A DNA stretch of 55,840 nucleotides from a virus (lineage: Duplodnaviria > Caudoviricetes), in IMG/VR virus record IMGVR_UViG_3300006868_000023, positions 1 through 55,840 of that record; one strand, 5' to 3'. The position numbers and the translations under genes are program-made. Positions 38,257-46,582 of the stretch are shown here, one piece after another. The notes beneath the pieces are model-generated. The model was given only the letters and a program-made list of their open reading frames with translations, had not been told where the DNA came from and made no database searches. Numbering within the stretch: position 1 is the stretch's first letter; every line of letters begins with the position of its first letter.

Positions 38257-38583
38257 TTAGGATTCTAACTGTACAATTTTTATGGCTTCTTCTACAGAGT
38301 ATGGACTGGACTCTGCCATTGGTGGTTTGGTTTCATAGATATTCTCATACTTCTCAACCATGTCAGCATTGATTTGTATGAAAGGTTTTTCTGCTTCTGG
38401 TACATCTATCTCATCATAGATTGCATCTACTGGACATTCAGGTACACATAATCCACAATCAATACATTCGTCTGGATCTATAACCAACATGTTTGGTCCT
38501 TCATAAAAGCAATCCACAGGGCAAACCTGTACGCAATGTGTGTCCTTACAGCCGACACAAGCACTAGTAACTACAAAAGCCAT
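38257..38583 (-). CDS. fdxA: Ferredoxin (7Fe, FdxA/FdI type)
   Basis: MAFVVT..CVGCKDTHCVQVCPVDCFYEGPNMLVIDPDECIDCGLCVPECPVDAI. Confidence 0.93.
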   Translation of the reverse strand: MAFVVTSACVGCKDTHCVQVCPVDCFYEGPNMLVIDPDECIDCGLCVPECPVDAIYDEIDVPEAEKPFIQINADMVEKYENIYETKPPMAESSPYSVEEAIKIVQLES

Positions 38584-38584
38584 T

Positions 38585-39184
38585 TTATCCTTTCTGAAAT
38601 TCTGGTTTTAATTCTATATGATATGTGCAACTAAATACCAGTGTTCTTCTGTTTGACAAGTTTGGTGTTAGCCCCCACGGTATATGGCTAGGCCAAAATA
38701 AAACTTTACCTGGTTTTCCATGCTTTACAATATTTGACTGAGACACCATAGGTGGTGTTGACCAACGTTTATCACCAAAGTGTTCAAAGTAAATACTGGA
38801 ACCTTTCTTTGCACTATCATCTATATCGAGGAACACCAATGCTGAATACCATCTGAGTCTTTCAGCACTTAGTGGAAAATTATGTTTAGGATTAACAGAT
38901 ATAAATTTACTATTTGCACATGTAACATCTATTTGTGCTGAATTTAATTTATAGTAATCAAAAACTTTTTGATGAAAAACATTACCAACAACCTGTATAA
39001 GTTTCTTGGTCTTGTCTAACGTACTATTCTCACCTGTAATGAATCCAAAGTTAGTCTCTACTATTGGAAGTTTATCAACCTCATCAACAATGTCATATAT
39101 CATGTCACTGTCTAATTCTAATTGTCCATCAAAAACTAAATCTGGAAACACAGGTGTAATATTCCAACCTAGTGATTTCCTCAT
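38585..39184 (-). CDS. 2OG-Fe(II) oxygenase-like (double-stranded beta-helix) protein, apparently degenerate
   Basis: PVFP N-terminus, YSALVFL...GSSIYF...GKVLFWPSHIPWG..PNLS..RTLVFS; no His ligands evident; ATG 5 nt after TAAATA. Confidence 0.5.
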   Translation of the reverse strand: MRKSLGWNITPVFPDLVFDGQLELDSDMIYDIVDEVDKLPIVETNFGFITGENSTLDKTKKLIQVVGNVFHQKVFDYYKLNSAQIDVTCANSKFISVNPKHNFPLSAERLRWYSALVFLDIDDSAKKGSSIYFEHFGDKRWSTPPMVSQSNIVKHGKPGKVLFWPSHIPWGLTPNLSNRRTLVFSCTYHIELKPEFQKG

Positions 39185-39214
39185 ACTACTATTTACCCAT
39201 ATTGCAAATTGCAC

Positions 39215-39242
39215 TTGACATATAATGATTGTGCAGTATAAT
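39215..39242 (+). promoter_or_regulatory. sigma70-like promoter
   Basis: TTGACA-N16-TATAAT. Confidence 0.7.
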
Positions 39243-39251
39243 ATAGTTTTT

Positions 39252-40712
39252 ATGAATAGTAGGTTAGTTATGGACAACTTTTGGGCATTACTTTGTACAG
39301 TTTTAGTAGTTGGGTGTGGAGGCAGTGGAACATCACCTGCTGTTGGATTACAACCATTAAACCCAGCACCTCCTCCAGCAACACCACAATGGCAAGAACA
39401 ACCGGTTGTGTTGCCAAATCCAAATACTTATTTTGTTACAACGTGTATGGAACCTGTGATACAATTTGTGTTGCCTACAAAATTAAATGATGACGAACAC
39501 ACAGATTTTATTGTTCACTACTGGTGTGGCATACCGTACGGCGGACCTGTTGATCTTGTTGATCCTACTGATGATTTATTAGTAGCATGGGCAAGTGATG
39601 GACTAGGTTCATATAGTGTTGTAAATTACGAAGTGTTTGGAGATTCATATCCTGAACTGGGTTCTGCAAGTAGGAAGGTTGCTGTCAAAGACATTAACGA
39701 TGACGGTATGCCTGACTTTGCATTTGCAACAAACAGTGAGGATGGTAGACTTACTGGTGGTGCTGATGATCAAGATCAAGCATACGCAAACGGTGCCTAT
39801 CCTACTATACTTCTAAGTGGAGAAAATTTCACATACACAATCAACAACATAGGGATATGGGATTGGGGACATGCCGTAGACTTTGCTCCTAATGGTGATG
39901 CTGTGTTTGCTGGTTACTTGTGGACAGCAGACCAACAAGCATTTAGATTACAAGACAATGAATTTGTAGATGTATCAAACGAGTATCCATTAATACTTGC
40001 CAACGCATTTAGATTTGGAACAGAGTATCTTGTAAATGCAACTGTGCCTAACGGTATAAATGCAATTGAATTATGGCAAAACAAAACCTTAGTTGACGTG
40101 TGGTTACGTGAACCATTGTTTAGTGTTGATGTGTCAGGCGTATTAACACCAGTAGTAAACGTTAATGGCATGTTGGTGTATAATGGAGCAATAAACGATA
40201 TCTGTGTAATGGATATTAATGATGTAGAAACCTTTGTGTTTCACACCAGCACATATAGATTAAAAGATGGCAGTGATTTGCAAGAAGGATACAACTATAA
40301 CACAGATGATTTTTCAGAAGCAATTATGTTAGAGTTTTTTCAAGTTGAAAACAATGCATTAGTGCTAAAAGAAAATCCTTTAGAGCAAACATACGATGCA
40401 TCATTTAACTTCTTTACTTGCACAGACATAAACAATGATGGATTAGATGATATACAGATTCAAAAGTGGAGCGGTAGGCATGGAGAATCCAGAGAAACAG
40501 GTGGGATACCAGATGTTTTCCTACAACATTCCTCAGGTTTTGATAGATTAGATACATCAGACTGGCCTACATACAGCACATTACACGAAAGAACACAAAG
40601 AGTAGGCGATTTATACGACATAAACAGTGACGGATTTGCTGATTTGATACTGTATGAATCAGATGTTGCACTAGGTGATATTGAAATTTACTTAGGAAAC
40701 AAAGACTTATAA
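39252..40712 (+). CDS. FG-GAP/VCBS-repeat lipoprotein
   Basis: VVGCGGSG lipobox, Pro-rich linker, DINDDGMPD, DINNDGLDD and DINSDGFAD loops. Confidence 0.75.
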   Translation: MNSRLVMDNFWALLCTVLVVGCGGSGTSPAVGLQPLNPAPPPATPQWQEQPVVLPNPNTYFVTTCMEPVIQFVLPTKLNDDEHTDFIVHYWCGIPYGGPVDLVDPTDDLLVAWASDGLGSYSVVNYEVFGDSYPELGSASRKVAVKDINDDGMPDFAFATNSEDGRLTGGADDQDQAYANGAYPTILLSGENFTYTINNIGIWDWGHAVDFAPNGDAVFAGYLWTADQQAFRLQDNEFVDVSNEYPLILANAFRFGTEYLVNATVPNGINAIELWQNKTLVDVWLREPLFSVDVSGVLTPVVNVNGMLVYNGAINDICVMDINDVETFVFHTSTYRLKDGSDLQEGYNYNTDDFSEAIMLEFFQVENNALVLKENPLEQTYDASFNFFTCTDINNDGLDDIQIQKWSGRHGESRETGGIPDVFLQHSSGFDRLDTSDWPTYSTLHERTQRVGDLYDINSDGFADLILYESDVALGDIEIYLGNKDL

Positions 40713-40717
40713 AAAGG

Positions 40718-40770
40718 TTGACAAATACTGTATTTTTGCTATACTATATACATAGTTAGGAAAAAGGAGT
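40718..40770 (+). promoter_or_regulatory. sigma70-like early promoter plus RBS cassette
   Basis: TTGACA-N16-TATACT, then ATATACATAGTTAGGAAAAAGGAG; near-copy at 42056. Confidence 0.8.
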
Positions 40771-40775
40771 TAGGT

Positions 40776-41093
40776 ATGTATATTTTAGAAAACAAAACAA
40801 ACGGTTCGGTCTTTGGTGCAAAGAGTTATTACATCAAGTCTGAATTTTCAACAGCGGCGGCGGCCAAAGCGGCAATGACTCGTTATGCCAAGAAGTTTGG
40901 TGAGAACGACTATGGTAGAACAGTATTCAATCCTGAGAACTACAAGGTAACTGCTTGGGCTGATTATAACGAGCCTCAAGTTACTAGAACTGCAAGGTTC
41001 CCAGGTACTGGTGAAGAGAAAACTTACACAATTGGTATCAACAGTGTTGGTACTTGTGTAGATCCAGCAACTGAAACTTACTGGAGTATGTAA
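40776..41093 (+). CDS. Hypothetical early protein
   Basis: AAAAKAAMTR...CVDPATETYWSM C-terminus. Confidence 0.75.
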   Translation: MYILENKTNGSVFGAKSYYIKSEFSTAAAAKAAMTRYAKKFGENDYGRTVFNPENYKVTAWADYNEPQVTRTARFPGTGEEKTYTIGINSVGTCVDPATETYWSM

Positions 41094-41099
41094 TCAAGA

Positions 41100-41176
41100 G
41101 CGGCTGTAGCTCAGTTGGATAGAGTATGTGGCTACGAACCACAAGGTCGGGAGTTCGAATCTTCCCAGCCGCGCCA
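41100..41176 (+). tRNA. tRNA-Arg (ACG)
   Basis: GCGGCTG acceptor, TGTGG-CTACGAA-CCACA anticodon arm, GTTCGAA T-loop, encoded CCA. Confidence 0.95.
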
Positions 41177-41187
41177 AGAGGAAATGC

Positions 41188-41805
41188 ATGGTAGTTAAAA
41201 ACAACAAAATTATTCTCACAGATTGTGATGGAGTCCTACTCGATTGGGAGGAGGGCTTCTCTGTTTGGATGGAACATCACGGACATGAAAAGGTAGATGG
41301 CTATCAATTCATGTACAACATCGGTGATAGGTATGGTATCACCCCAGAACAAGGCAAGAAGTCTATCAAGACATTCAATGAGAGTGCCGCCATTGGCTTC
41401 TTACCTCCCCTCAGAGATGCACAATACTATGTGAAGTTACTTGCTGAAAAACATCAGTATAGGTTTGTTGTACTCACAAGTCTCAGTTTAGATCCATATG
41501 CAAAAGAATTGAGAATCAGAAACTTAAACAAAATATTTGGCGACATATTCTTAGACGTCATTTGTTTAGATACAGGTGCAGACAAAGATGAAGCACTGGA
41601 CCAACTTGCTCAAAAGTACCAAGGTAACTATTGGGTTGAAGATAAACCTGAGAATGTTATGGCTGGTGTAGACAAAGGCTTTACAGGTATTCTCATAGAG
41701 CATGGACATAACATGGGTTGGGAAGATACCTTTGTTGCTAAGAAGTGGGAAGATATCTACAATCTTGTAACAAGGAATGAAAAGCAAGAAGACTATACTC
41801 GTTAA
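41188..41805 (+). CDS. HAD-superfamily 5'(3')-deoxyribonucleotidase-like protein
   Basis: TDCDGVLLDW motif I, LTSL, WVEDKPEN; start moved downstream of the tRNA. Confidence 0.8.
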   Translation: MVVKNNKIILTDCDGVLLDWEEGFSVWMEHHGHEKVDGYQFMYNIGDRYGITPEQGKKSIKTFNESAAIGFLPPLRDAQYYVKLLAEKHQYRFVVLTSLSLDPYAKELRIRNLNKIFGDIFLDVICLDTGADKDEALDQLAQKYQGNYWVEDKPENVMAGVDKGFTGILIEHGHNMGWEDTFVAKKWEDIYNLVTRNEKQEDYTR

Positions 41806-42034
41806 GTATCTCAAGTTTAGATTACCCACTGGAGGTGCAGGGTTACCAGCTCAAATGCACAAGAATAAGATAGCAAAATGTGTAAGAGGTTACGCAGAAC
41901 CAGTTGGTATTGATGTTAAATTTGAAACAGAAGGATACACATTAAACGTGTATTTTGAATCAAACACAGATTTAGCACAGTTTTTATTGCTATATAGCAA
42001 TGAATATGGCAAACCCAGTGTGCTAAGTTATTGA
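41777..42034 (+). CDS. Hypothetical protein
   Basis: 85-aa ORF. Confidence 0.55.
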   Translation: MKSKKTILVKYLKFRLPTGGAGLPAQMHKNKIAKCVRGYAEPVGIDVKFETEGYTLNVYFESNTDLAQFLLLYSNEYGKPSVLSY

Positions 42035-42055
42035 TTTTATTAACAAAAATAGTGG

Positions 42056-42106
42056 TTGACAATATCACAAAATTTGCTATACTATATACATAGTTAGGAA
42101 AAGGAG
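42056..42106 (+). promoter_or_regulatory. sigma70-like early promoter plus RBS cassette
   Basis: TTGACA-N16-TATACT, then ATATACATAGTTAGGAAAAGGAG. Confidence 0.8.
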
Positions 42107-42112
42107 AGCAGA

Positions 42113-42775
42113 ATGCAGTTCAAATTCAAAGTAATCGACGTAATATCAGCCGCAGTTGCAATCAATAGATTCAACGGTGGTTTTGTTAAATCTTCAGATA
42201 TGTCATCTGATAAAAAGCCAAACAGCAAATTGCTGTATTCGTACTTTTTAGATTCTGCTAACAAACCTGACGTGGTTGTTACTAACGAAGATGTAAACTT
42301 TGCCATGGAGATCATCGAGTATCTCAAAGGTTTAGGGTTCAAAGCAATTGAGCGAAAGCTCACAGATTTTGAGAGTAATGTTCTCAAACTAATCACTGCT
42401 GAAGAAACAGGCAAGGATAAAATTGGTATTGCGGCAAGTCTGCCTAAAGTATACCAAAACAAAATCGATCAAGACAATTGGTCTACAAGGGAGAATGAAC
42501 TTGCTAGTAATAGCCAGTTTGAAGGTACCCTTCACAAGAGACACAACTTTGAACTCACAGTTGAAAATGTTAGATACATTGCAAGTGTTGGTAGTTCATT
42601 GTTTTGCACCAGTTCTGCAAATGGCAACATTGTTAAATTCTTTAACAACAATGATCACAACTTCAAAGTTGGTGACAAAATTAATGTCACTGGCTATGTT
42701 AAAAGTCAAGAGGAAAGCAAGTATCATGGTGGTAAAGAAACCATGATCAATCGCATAAAATATTGCGATAAGTAA
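42113..42775 (+). CDS. Hypothetical early protein with possible C-terminal OB fold
   Basis: GIAASLP...GNIVKFF...KVGDKINVTGYVK...ETMINRIK. Confidence 0.65.
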   Translation: MQFKFKVIDVISAAVAINRFNGGFVKSSDMSSDKKPNSKLLYSYFLDSANKPDVVVTNEDVNFAMEIIEYLKGLGFKAIERKLTDFESNVLKLITAEETGKDKIGIAASLPKVYQNKIDQDNWSTRENELASNSQFEGTLHKRHNFELTVENVRYIASVGSSLFCTSSANGNIVKFFNNNDHNFKVGDKINVTGYVKSQEESKYHGGKETMINRIKYCDK

Positions 42776-42785
42776 AAAAATCCGG

Positions 42786-42813
42786 TTGACGCACAGTCTC
42801 ATTACTGTATAAT
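42786..42813 (+). promoter_or_regulatory. sigma70-like promoter
   Basis: TTGACG-N16-TATAAT. Confidence 0.7.
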
Positions 42814-42841
42814 TAACAAATATTCAAAGAGGAGTTCATCC

Positions 42842-43261
42842 TTGAACATTGGTATCGAAGGACCTAAAGGCGGTAAGTTAGATCTTGGTTTACAGGCGTA
42901 TGCAACTTTGGCTGTACGCAGTTTTGCCAAGCAACTAGGCATTAGCCGACTGCACACCAACATTGTTGTTCGTATGCATAGCAAAGTGCATGTTGGGGAG
43001 TTCGGTACAGAAGGTTTATGCGAACCAATTGATCGACGCAACTTTATCATCGACGTTGCATTGTACGGCAACTGGCTTAGCATTCTTGCACACGAAATGG
43101 TTCATGTCAAGCAGTTTGCCTTGGACGAAATGGATTTAGGTCTTAGTCGTTGGAAGAGCAACAAGTATTGTGAGAACATTGAGTATTGGGACCAGCCTTG
43201 GGAGAAAGAGGCTCGTAAACTGCAACATAAAATGGTTGCAGAATTTGATAAGTTGGATTAA
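42842..43261 (+). CDS. Zincin-like metallopeptidase domain protein
   Basis: LAHEMVHVKQ (HExxH) plus YWDQPWEKEA; TTG start with GAGGAG SD. Confidence 0.75.
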   Translation: MNIGIEGPKGGKLDLGLQAYATLAVRSFAKQLGISRLHTNIVVRMHSKVHVGEFGTEGLCEPIDRRNFIIDVALYGNWLSILAHEMVHVKQFALDEMDLGLSRWKSNKYCENIEYWDQPWEKEARKLQHKMVAEFDKLD

Positions 43262-43267
43262 GTTTAT

Positions 43268-43344
43268 GCGCCTGTAGCTCAACCGGATAGAGCATCGGCC
43301 TTCTAAGCCGAGGGTTGCAAGTTCGAGTCTTGCCAGGCGTGCCA
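43268..43344 (+). tRNA. tRNA-Arg (TCT)
   Basis: TCGGC-CTTCTAA-GCCGA anticodon arm, GTTCGAG T-loop, CCA. Confidence 0.95.
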
Positions 43345-43395
43345 AAGAAGTAAATGCGTTGAAAACAGTAGACGCCATTTGCACAAGGAGTAGAG

Positions 43396-43557
43396 ATGAT
43401 GATTTTTATTTGGGAAATTTTTGTAAACGGTGAAAGCAAAGGGTATGTTCGATCAATGAGTGAGTACAGTGCTCGTGAGCAGTATTACATGAAGCATGGT
43501 GGTGCAAGTCGTTATTCGGGCATTGGTATGGACAGCATCAAGGCTGTTCGTGTATAA
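43396..43557 (+). CDS. Small hypothetical protein, 53 aa (not in ORF track)
   Basis: AAGGAG SD; MMIFIWEIFVNGESKGYVRSMSEYSAREQYYMKHGGASRYSGIGMDSIKAVRV. Confidence 0.65.
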   Translation: MMIFIWEIFVNGESKGYVRSMSEYSAREQYYMKHGGASRYSGIGMDSIKAVRV

Positions 43558-43587
43558 AGTTAGCAGAGGGTAATAGTTAGAGGGCAA

Positions 43588-43685
43588 GAAAGGACGGCTG
43601 GTTGGCAGTGGCAAGCAAAGACCACAGGAGTTTAGAAACAGTCGTGATGTGCAATAACCTAACACACAGGTTGCGGGGTCCTTTC
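43588..43685 (+). ncRNA. Candidate structured RNA in the tRNA cluster
   Basis: GAAAGGAC/GTCCTTTC closing stem; ACGGCTG/CAGTCGT; GTGG/CCAC; AACCT/AGGTT. Confidence 0.35.
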
Positions 43686-43695
43686 ACATAGTTAT

Positions 43696-43783
43696 GCCTG
43701 AGTGGTGAAATTGGTAGACACAAGGGACTTAAAATCCCTCGCCTGTAATGGGTGTGCCGGTTCGAGTCCGGCCTCAGGTACCA
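43696..43783 (+). tRNA. tRNA-Leu (TAA)
   Basis: AGGGA-CTTAAAA-TCCCT anticodon arm, long variable arm, GTTCGAG, CCA. Confidence 0.95.
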
Positions 43784-43828
43784 ATTCTGGTCAGGCTCTC
43801 CCAGGGTAAATTGAGAGCCAACAATTTA

Positions 43829-43905
43829 GGGCCTTTAGCTCAGTTGGTTAGAGCATCCGACTCATAATCGGCAGGTCGTAGGTTCAAGTCCTACAGGGCC
43901 CACCA
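43829..43905 (+). tRNA. tRNA with CAT anticodon, likely tRNA-Ile2 (lysidine) rather than Met
   Basis: GGGCCTTTAGCTCAGTTGGTTAGAGC...GACTCATAATC...CCA resembles bacterial Ile2 tRNAs. Confidence 0.85.
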
Positions 43906-43919
43906 ATTTAGGAGAAGCA

Positions 43920-44111
43920 ATGAGTAAGTACACAGTAAAAGTCGAAAAAGATCCAGAAACTGGAGAACTGATTCTACCTATCCCAGATGAACTGTTACTA
44001 GAGATGGGCTGGAACCCGGGTGATGAATTGATATGGGAAGAAACTCTGATGTGTGAAGAACACGGAGAGTATCCTGGTTACACTTTGTCAAAGAAGCATA
44101 ACAATGAGTGA
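43920..44111 (+). CDS. AbrB/MazE-like small protein
   Basis: GELILPIPDELLLEMGWNPGDELIW. Confidence 0.65.
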   Translation: MSKYTVKVEKDPETGELILPIPDELLLEMGWNPGDELIWEETLMCEEHGEYPGYTLSKKHNNE

Positions 44112-44436
44112 ATATAAACCAGACAACTGGGTTGTTCTGAAAATCAAAGAAGGTAAGTACGACCGTGGATTCTATAAAGTACTTGCTGGATGGAGCGGTG
44201 GTTATCTTAACGGCGACAGTTGGCGGATGAACAGCGGCATCACCCGTGTTGAAGAGAAGCCGCATCACTGGGAGTTCTATGGCGCAAGTGGATCAGTATA
44301 CAAGTGCTATCGCAAAGGTTATCGCTTGACAATGGCTAACAGTGGAGTGTATAATCAACTCAAAGAGAACGAAGCATTTGAAGGTCAAATTACACTGATG
44401 CCCGAAGATACCAATTGGATGGAGATTGAGTGGTGA
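44104..44436 (+). CDS. Hypothetical phage protein
   Basis: YKPDNWVV...YKVLAGWSGGYLNGDSWRMNSGI...GASGSVYKC. Confidence 0.7.
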   Translation: MSEYKPDNWVVLKIKEGKYDRGFYKVLAGWSGGYLNGDSWRMNSGITRVEEKPHHWEFYGASGSVYKCYRKGYRLTMANSGVYNQLKENEAFEGQITLMPEDTNWMEIEW

Positions 44437-44621
44437 CATTACCAACTGAAAGAACAAATGCAGTATTACGAACTGAACGGTTTCTAATTGATCTATTAGA
44501 TCCCAAAAAGACACCTAGAGTTCCACGAGCAATAAGACAAGAAGCAGGCAGACTGCTAAAGCACTACCCTACACAATACGATATGGAAGAAATGGAGGGA
44601 AGGTTTAGTTATGAAAAATAG
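44430..44621 (+). CDS. Hypothetical phage protein
   Basis: TLPTERTNAV...PRVPRAIRQEAGRLLKHYP. Confidence 0.65.
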   Translation: MVTLPTERTNAVLRTERFLIDLLDPKKTPRVPRAIRQEAGRLLKHYPTQYDMEEMEGRFSYEK

Positions 44622-44901
44622 ATATGGTGATGAGTATCATTGGGAAAAACTTAATGACAAAGAGTACCGATTTCACATGACTGGTGACTCAATGAAGTAC
44701 TGTCGTTTCGGTGGTAAACACCTTGAGGAACATATTGACTATAGTGATCTTGGTATGTTTGACCCGAGCGGCGGGCCGTATGTTGGGATTGGTTCTAAGA
44801 TTTACTTTGATGAGATTCAAGGTGGTCAGAAGGGTGATGAACCTTTAATTGTTAAACGAATTCGTAGCACCGATGACGGTATCACTGTAGAGGTGCAGTG
44901 A
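44611..44901 (+). CDS. Hypothetical phage protein
   Basis: NRYGD...MFDPSGGPYV. Confidence 0.65.
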   Translation: MKNRYGDEYHWEKLNDKEYRFHMTGDSMKYCRFGGKHLEEHIDYSDLGMFDPSGGPYVGIGSKIYFDEIQGGQKGDEPLIVKRIRSTDDGITVEVQ

Positions 44902-44902
44902 T

Positions 44903-45505
44903 TTATTTAAGTGGTGTAAATTCTGGATTGGCAAAATCTAAATCACGTTGTTCTTGCCACTCTGCAAAACTTATAGGCTCAAAGTCTATATCTTCTTTTA
45001 CAAACCAAGTTTCAAACACACCAGGCTTTACTCCTTCTGGTATGTATCTAATTGGCACAACATCATAAACAGCAACCTTGTAGCCTCTAGCACACAAATA
45101 ATCCTCAACATCTTGCTTTGTAGAATCTTTGAATCTATAATGATCATGTTCAAATGTAATGCTGTCAAACGTACACCCTGCGTCTACAATGCTTTGTAAA
45201 GCATGTAACGTTGTTGTAGACCCCAATATGTCTATGCTTAAATAACCATAATGCTTTACATGTTTAGAGAAATCAAAATCAAATACATCAACGAAGTGTA
45301 TGTTTTTTCTATCGTGATATGCCCAATGTTTCCACCATTGAGCTCTGTCGATTTCAATACTGAATCCTTTCCAACCAAGCGACTCAAGTAGAAAAGTATT
45401 GTTACTGATTAACGGATGATATGCTCCTATTTCCATATAGGTTTTCTTTTGGCACGTTTCAAGTGCAAAAATATCCTGATACGACTGACTATAACTTCCG
45501 TACAT
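44903..45505 (-). CDS. FkbM-like SAM-dependent methyltransferase
   Basis: SQSYQDIF...YMEIGA..P..NNTFLLE..GWKGFSIE...YLSID...ITFEHD. Confidence 0.75.
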   Translation of the reverse strand: MYGSYSQSYQDIFALETCQKKTYMEIGAYHPLISNNTFLLESLGWKGFSIEIDRAQWWKHWAYHDRKNIHFVDVFDFDFSKHVKHYGYLSIDILGSTTTLHALQSIVDAGCTFDSITFEHDHYRFKDSTKQDVEDYLCARGYKVAVYDVVPIRYIPEGVKPGVFETWFVKEDIDFEPISFAEWQEQRDLDFANPEFTPLK

Positions 45506-45569
45506 GCTTGTATTTATAATCGCTGTTTATGATAAATACTACAATAAGGTGTAGGTAAGGAGTAAACAC

Positions 45570-45902
45570 ATGGCAGAAGAAACAAACAGTAGCCCTAGCC
45601 AGTTTCATCCAGCGGATAGTAACGGTGATGGTAAAGTAAGTAAAGCAGAAGAAACAATGTACTTGGAATTCAGACGTAAAGAGTTAGAAGACCAAGACGC
45701 AATGAGAGATGCACAACGTCAAATGGCGTGGTTCTCATTGTACGGAATGTTAGCATACCCTGTGCTAGTCATCGGTTCAAATGTAGTTGGCTACGAAAAA
45801 GCCGCAGACATTTTAGGTGATATGGCAGGCGTATACTTCATTGCAGTTGCAGGTATTGTTGCCGCATTTTTTGGTGCCCAGGCTTGGACAGGTAAGAAGT
45901 AA
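45570..45902 (+). CDS. Membrane protein with EF-hand-like loop (possible holin)
   Basis: DSNGDGKVSKAE, two TM segments, AAFFG C-terminus; TAAATA at 45533-45538. Confidence 0.6.
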   Translation: MAEETNSSPSQFHPADSNGDGKVSKAEETMYLEFRRKELEDQDAMRDAQRQMAWFSLYGMLAYPVLVIGSNVVGYEKAADILGDMAGVYFIAVAGIVAAFFGAQAWTGKK

Positions 45903-45904
45903 AG

Positions 45905-46207
45905 ATGGATTTTATCAAACACTTTTGTAGATTGATTACTAAGGAAGAACTTAGTAATGATGATGTAGTGAACTATTTTGATATAGTTCAAAGTGTTTGT
46001 CCATCTAAAATTGTTAAAGCATACAGTAACAACGGAACACAAATAGAAGCCAACGTTACTGTATACGAAGCAGACAATGATAAACTTATCTATGAGATAG
46101 TTTTAGAACAGCAACTTGATATAAACGAAGGGGAAGACATAGCAGATGAGATTGCAGAAGAATTCCCTGATTTAGATTTTGAATACGAGACCAGTTTAGA
46201 GTTTTAA
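45905..46207 (+). CDS. Hypothetical protein
   Basis: 100-aa acidic ORF. Confidence 0.65.
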   Translation: MDFIKHFCRLITKEELSNDDVVNYFDIVQSVCPSKIVKAYSNNGTQIEANVTVYEADNDKLIYEIVLEQQLDINEGEDIADEIAEEFPDLDFEYETSLEF

Positions 46208-46208
46208 T

Positions 46209-46571
46209 ATGAGATTACAAGAATTATTTTTAACGCAAGAAGACAAAGTCAAGAAGGCAGAGCAAAAACTCAAAGGTCTTAGACGTGCAATCGAAGATGG
46301 TGATGCACCAGAGATTTACAATGCTGGTTACACTATACAAGGGCCTGCATGGGGAGACCTAGAGAAACTTGGTTATGCTGAAAAACATTCTGAGCCCAAA
46401 GGCGGTATGGAAATGGCTGATCGTTGGGTTTTACTTCCAAGTGCACCAGGACCTATAACACTGTTAACCAACTATGCAAAATCAACACCCAGCGGCACGG
46501 AACGTGGTGTTAACAAGAAAGTAATGCAACCAGGTGATGAAACAGACTGGTTTTACTACAGTGTCGATTAA
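46209..46571 (+). CDS. Hypothetical protein
   Basis: 120 aa; MRLQELF N-terminus. Confidence 0.6.
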   Translation: MRLQELFLTQEDKVKKAEQKLKGLRRAIEDGDAPEIYNAGYTIQGPAWGDLEKLGYAEKHSEPKGGMEMADRWVLLPSAPGPITLLTNYAKSTPSGTERGVNKKVMQPGDETDWFYYSVD

Positions 46572-46582
46572 AGGAAAATAAT

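Noticed and set aside
41128-41187. N-terminal extension of the HAD ORF
   Set aside because: It overlaps tRNA-Arg(ACG); ATG 41188 is the plausible start
43136-43439. Minus-strand ORFs 43136..43384 and 43143..43439
   Set aside because: Antisense translations of tRNA-Arg(TCT) and the peptidase gene
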